A stretch of 64,000 nt of DNA from Camelus dromedarius. Its lineage: Eukaryota. Within the stretch, counting starts at the first letter, position 1, and each line of letters begins with the position of its first letter. Shown in pieces: positions 60,365 to 64,000 of the stretch. Both the position numbers and the translations under genes were made by a program. The notes beneath the pieces were generated by a model. The model saw only the letters and a list, made by a program, of their open reading frames with translations, was not told where the DNA came from and made no database searches. Where the stretch lies: positions 9,114,001 to 9,178,000 of the forward strand of contig NC_087437.1 of assembly GCF_036321535.1 (NCBI RefSeq). Reading direction: 5' to 3'.

Positions 60365-61995
60365 CAAGAGCTGAGAGGAGGTCACAGTCTCCAACTGGAA
60401 ACCAGAGAAAGAGAAATCACCAAATCACCAAAATATACATCCAGGCAGACAAAGTGACCTCAAAACCTCCCCTCCCTCCCCTCTGCTATAGTGGTCCAGG
60501 AAATGCTACCTGGGAATCCTCAGTCCACAAAATGATGGTGGGGGGAAAGCTTGCTTCCCCCACAGGCTGCCTGATTTGGGTGGGTCCAGTCACCAGCCAA
60601 AGTCCTGGCTTGGGGCACCACCTTTGCCCTGCCCCTGCAGATCTGGGCTACCACTTGGTAGGGCCGGGGCTGATTTAAATGGGGACAGTCCTTACCCTTC
60701 AGGGCACAAGGACAATCTTGGGGGTGCAGCTGTGGGGCTGCTAGTGAAGTCTGAGGTACAACTTGTAAACATTTTTTGGCCTGTGGTCTCCATCTGAAGT
60801 CTTGTCTTGGCCCTGGAACTTTTGGGGTGAGCTTGATTGAACCCTCATATGTCCAAGCCTGTGCTGATCACTAGAGGTTAAAAAGTAAACATGATGTCAT
60901 TTGGGTACCTGAGAACAGGGCTCTGATACCATGAAAGGGGAGGGGACAGTGGATTTGCTGTTTTGGAGGAGGACAAGGAGCAGGAGGAGGTGCCACCAGA
61001 CCATATTAGAAAAATATTTGTACTTCAAACTCTATCACACCTCCAAGGGTCTGGGACTTGGAAATACCATGCAAAAAACTGATCCACTGTACTTTTAAAA
61101 TCAAGTCTTATAGTAACCTGATCAAAACTCTTAATGTCTTAAGGGGTCAGGTGAGTAATTCTGTCTACTGTTAAATCATTTGAAGTAGATTTCCCATGTC
61201 CTGGGTGCATGAGAAATTATAGAAAGGCAAGCGATTTCTGACTGCAACTTTTGAGATGCTTCCCGAAGCGGCCCAAATTACAATCTAGTTCGAGACAATT
61301 GCATCAAGTAGATTCAGACACAGTGAGCTTGGTGATTTATCTGCTGATCTCACGGTGTGCCCCGTACACCAGGTGCAGATTAATTATTCTGATGAAAAGT
61401 ATTTGAGACAGAGCCTGTTTCAAGAAATGGGTGATTCAACTTTTGGATTTTCCTCCTGAAGCCAGGATCAATGAGTTTCATTGGGATTGGCCATTATTTT
61501 TTAGGAGGACCATGTGATTTGAGAGGTCATGTAAGATTACTTTCATTTTATAGGAAAATATATCAGGAAACCAGGCTGTTCCTATCACTGGCTAAAATTT
61601 GGGGGTAAGATGGCTGAAGAAATCAGGTTGCCAAGTTAGGTAAAGATTGCGGAAGCCATCAGAAGGAGGTGGTAGTTAGTACCAGATCAAAGAAAGCTTG
61701 ACTTGGGATAGGCGGCAGAGAATGAGAGGGTGCAGTTAGTGAGAAGGAGGGAGGGCAGGAGGATCAGGCCAAGCAGAAGGGAGATCAGAGGCTCCAGAAG
61801 CACAGGGGCTCAGTAAGAATTATCCAGATCCCTGGGGAATCAGGCAGGATCCAACAAGTGGTCAAATGAAGCTCAGATGAACTTTGTGTGTCTTCAGATC
61901 TTACATCTCTTAAATGTTCTTGACCTCAGGATGGACCTCTCTGGTTTACACTGGGATTTCATCAAGTAAATGCAGGCATGATAGTAGGTAAGAGT

Positions 61996-62018
61996 CACAC
62001 ACACACACACACACACAC
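61996..62018. repeat. (CA)n microsatellite
   Basis: cacacacacacacacacacacac. Confidence 0.9.
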
Positions 62019-63049
62019 CAGGAAAAGGCAGACGATGTGAAGGAGTGAAGTGGGGAAATTGACAGTGATGGCGGTACTCACTTTGATAAACAGGAGAGCA
62101 CACAGCTCTGCAAAAATGGGATAGCTCATTTTCCACTCTAGCCAGTTCCTGCCATCTTAGAAATACATGTCCAGTTTTATCAGATGCTTTATTATTTTGG
62201 TGAAAGCCAAAAAAAGCCATGTAAAATTTCCAAATTTTAAGTGTTAGTAACTGTGTGTGTGTGTCAAGTCCCGTGTGAGACAAAATCTACCCTGTGAGCT
62301 GTGGGCTGCCATTTTGAAAGATGCTCTAGGGACACTGGACCCATATCCCAAATGCTGCTCGTCTCCACAGTGGTTCAGAGTCTGGGCAGACGGGTGGACT
62401 ATGGCTCTCCCTCAGGAGAAGGTCTCTGTTCGAAAGAGAGGGAGCTGATTAGAGTTAGTCTTGTGTTTTCCTTCCCCAGATAACTTGCCCTCATTTCTTT
62501 CTTTCAAGCCCACAAGGATGGGCTCCTTCTAGGGCAGAAGACTGGACGTGTCTCGTCAGCTGTGTGTGAGGGCTTATAACTTAATATCCCAGTGATGCTC
62601 TTGGTTCCTAACAGTCACCTCAACAATCTTTATCAATATCTTAGCGAGTTGGAGCCTCCCTTTCTAAAAGTCAGTGGGGATCATCTTCCTCAATCCTATA
62701 GCATATATTTAATCCATTCCACACAGAGCTATTACGAAGCTTGCTAGGTACTGGGTAATTGATAGATACAGATGCTCCTGTCAACAGATTTAATCTTTTA
62801 GGTATTTGCCTTTCTTTCAGAAGTTGAGGTCATATCCCCATCAGGCTCTGGACTGAAAATTGGCAGAGAGACAGACGCAACAGATCTCTGACGGCTGACC
62901 TAAGTTTTCACCCTTGATTATTTTCATCTTAAAATTTTCTTTCACTCTTTTGGCTCTCAGAACATCCAATAATGATGGAGCCAAGATGTTGGGAACTTCT
63001 GTGAATCAAGAATAATCCTGTGGCTGTAAAGGAGTAATTCCCAAACTCT

Positions 63050-63215
63050 TCTGTACCACGTGGAAGGCTTAATAAAGCCCAGACTGTTGATTACTGCCCT
63101 GAGGGTTTATGATTCCAGGTTCTGGGCTGGGGCCTCAATATTTGCATTTCTAACAAGGACCCAGGTGTTGTTGCTGCTGGCGGGGCTGAGGATGACACTT
63201 AAGGAACAACCACTG
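63050..63215. mobile_element. MER5A/B-like hAT MITE
   Basis: atgattccaggttctgggctggggcctcaatatttgcatttctaacaaggacccaggtg...aacaaccactg. Confidence 0.7.
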
Positions 63216-63320
63216 ACAGCTCTGTCAACTAGTTTTTAGTTTAGTTGAATTGGTCTCAGCATTAGAGCTATAATGGCACTTAAATAGAAAGCCATGGATG
63301 TAAAACAGGGAACTATGGAT

Positions 63321-63413
63321 TGGATGACCACTGTCCTGTTTTTCTTGTGACTAAAAGACTTTTAGTATTTTCAGGAAAGGTCCCAGGCAAGTCAGGACAA
63401 GTTGACAACCCTA
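63321..63413. mobile_element. hAT-Blackjack MITE remnant (MER81/MER94-like)
   Basis: Degenerate inverted ends tggatgaccactgtcc ... ggacaagttgacaacccta, resembling TAGGGTGACCA TIRs. Confidence 0.5.
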
Positions 63414-64000
63414 AGAGGGAATTTGGAATAAATTAGGGAACAACTCTTAAAAAATGCTGTAGATACTTAAGCAGGCAGTGAGTATTTCTACCGAAGGGTG
63501 CATTTTTTTGAGATGTATGTGATTATAAATGAGGGAACATGGAGACATGTTCATATCTTTGAAACAGAGAAAACTAACTGTGGGGCTTAATTAACCTTCC
63601 ATGAACCATTAAACCAGGAGTTCTTTTGTAAGATACAGTCTTCTCTTTCTAACAGAATCTGTGTGCTTCCATAGAATTTGTTTCCACAGGATTTGTTTCC
63701 TCTATCACAAATGCTTCATCCCTTCCAAGCATAAATTAATCCAAAGTAAATGAATTCAAAACGAAGTTACTCAGAAGGCAGGTCCACTAGGACCTCGGAG
63801 AGTTCACTGAGTGGGTCTCGCCATGGTGCCCACAACTGAGAAGCACAAAGAAGAAGGGGCGAGTTTTGTCAGAATCTGTGAACTTTTCGATGAACATCAC
63901 AAAAGGGAAAGAATGAGGAAGACAAAAAGAAAATCAATTTATTCCAAAGCTATTTTAAGTGATTTGGATGCCTCTAATTTAGGAAGCTGCCTTTTGGGGC

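Noticed and set aside
60086-60678. Cys/His-rich ORFs (MCIHACACVSMCVHAC...)
   Set aside because: Translations of the 34-bp minisatellite, not metal-binding proteins, and the repeat is not a CRISPR array (no spacers).
1-64000. A novel multi-gene system, CRISPR array, NUMT, snoRNA or processed pseudogene
   Set aside because: Nothing I could recognise supports any of these. The window is explained by one known gene plus common mammalian repeats. A Dfam/Rfam/BLAST pass on the unique segments would be needed to exclude faint cases.

Overview
Mammalian genomic DNA, almost certainly camelid: two tRNA-derived vic-1-type SINEs are present, along with many short artiodactyl-type L1 3' ends. It is a draft assembly with four N gap regions. 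The window holds the 3' part of ZNF385D (matrin/U1-type C2H2 zinc-finger protein) on the minus strand as four coding exons: 53681-53911, 42450-42628, 41111-41212 and 38686-38919. All have canonical AG/GT junctions and splice into one continuous frame ending ...PVLFAPY*. The 102-nt exon at 41111-41212 is missing from the supplied ORF track. Below the stop codon is a ~9 kb repeat-poor stretch that ends at a well-formed AATAAA/GU-rich poly(A) signature near 29800; I interpret it as a very long 3' UTR. The rest is intron or downstream DNA filled with ordinary mammalian repeats (MIR, L2, old and young L1, MLT1/MLT2, two solo ERV-type LTRs, Tigger and hAT MITEs, microsatellites). I found no convincing new biological system. 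The best leads are post-transcriptional or structural: the long UTR with alternative poly(A) signals, a tandem-duplicated miR-302-like site, an intronic UGCAUG minisatellite, a 68-bp dispersed duplication, and L1 copies whose 5' ends cluster at one G-rich tract. Repeat family names and human comparisons come from memory of consensus sequences, not from a search, and repeat boundaries are approximate.
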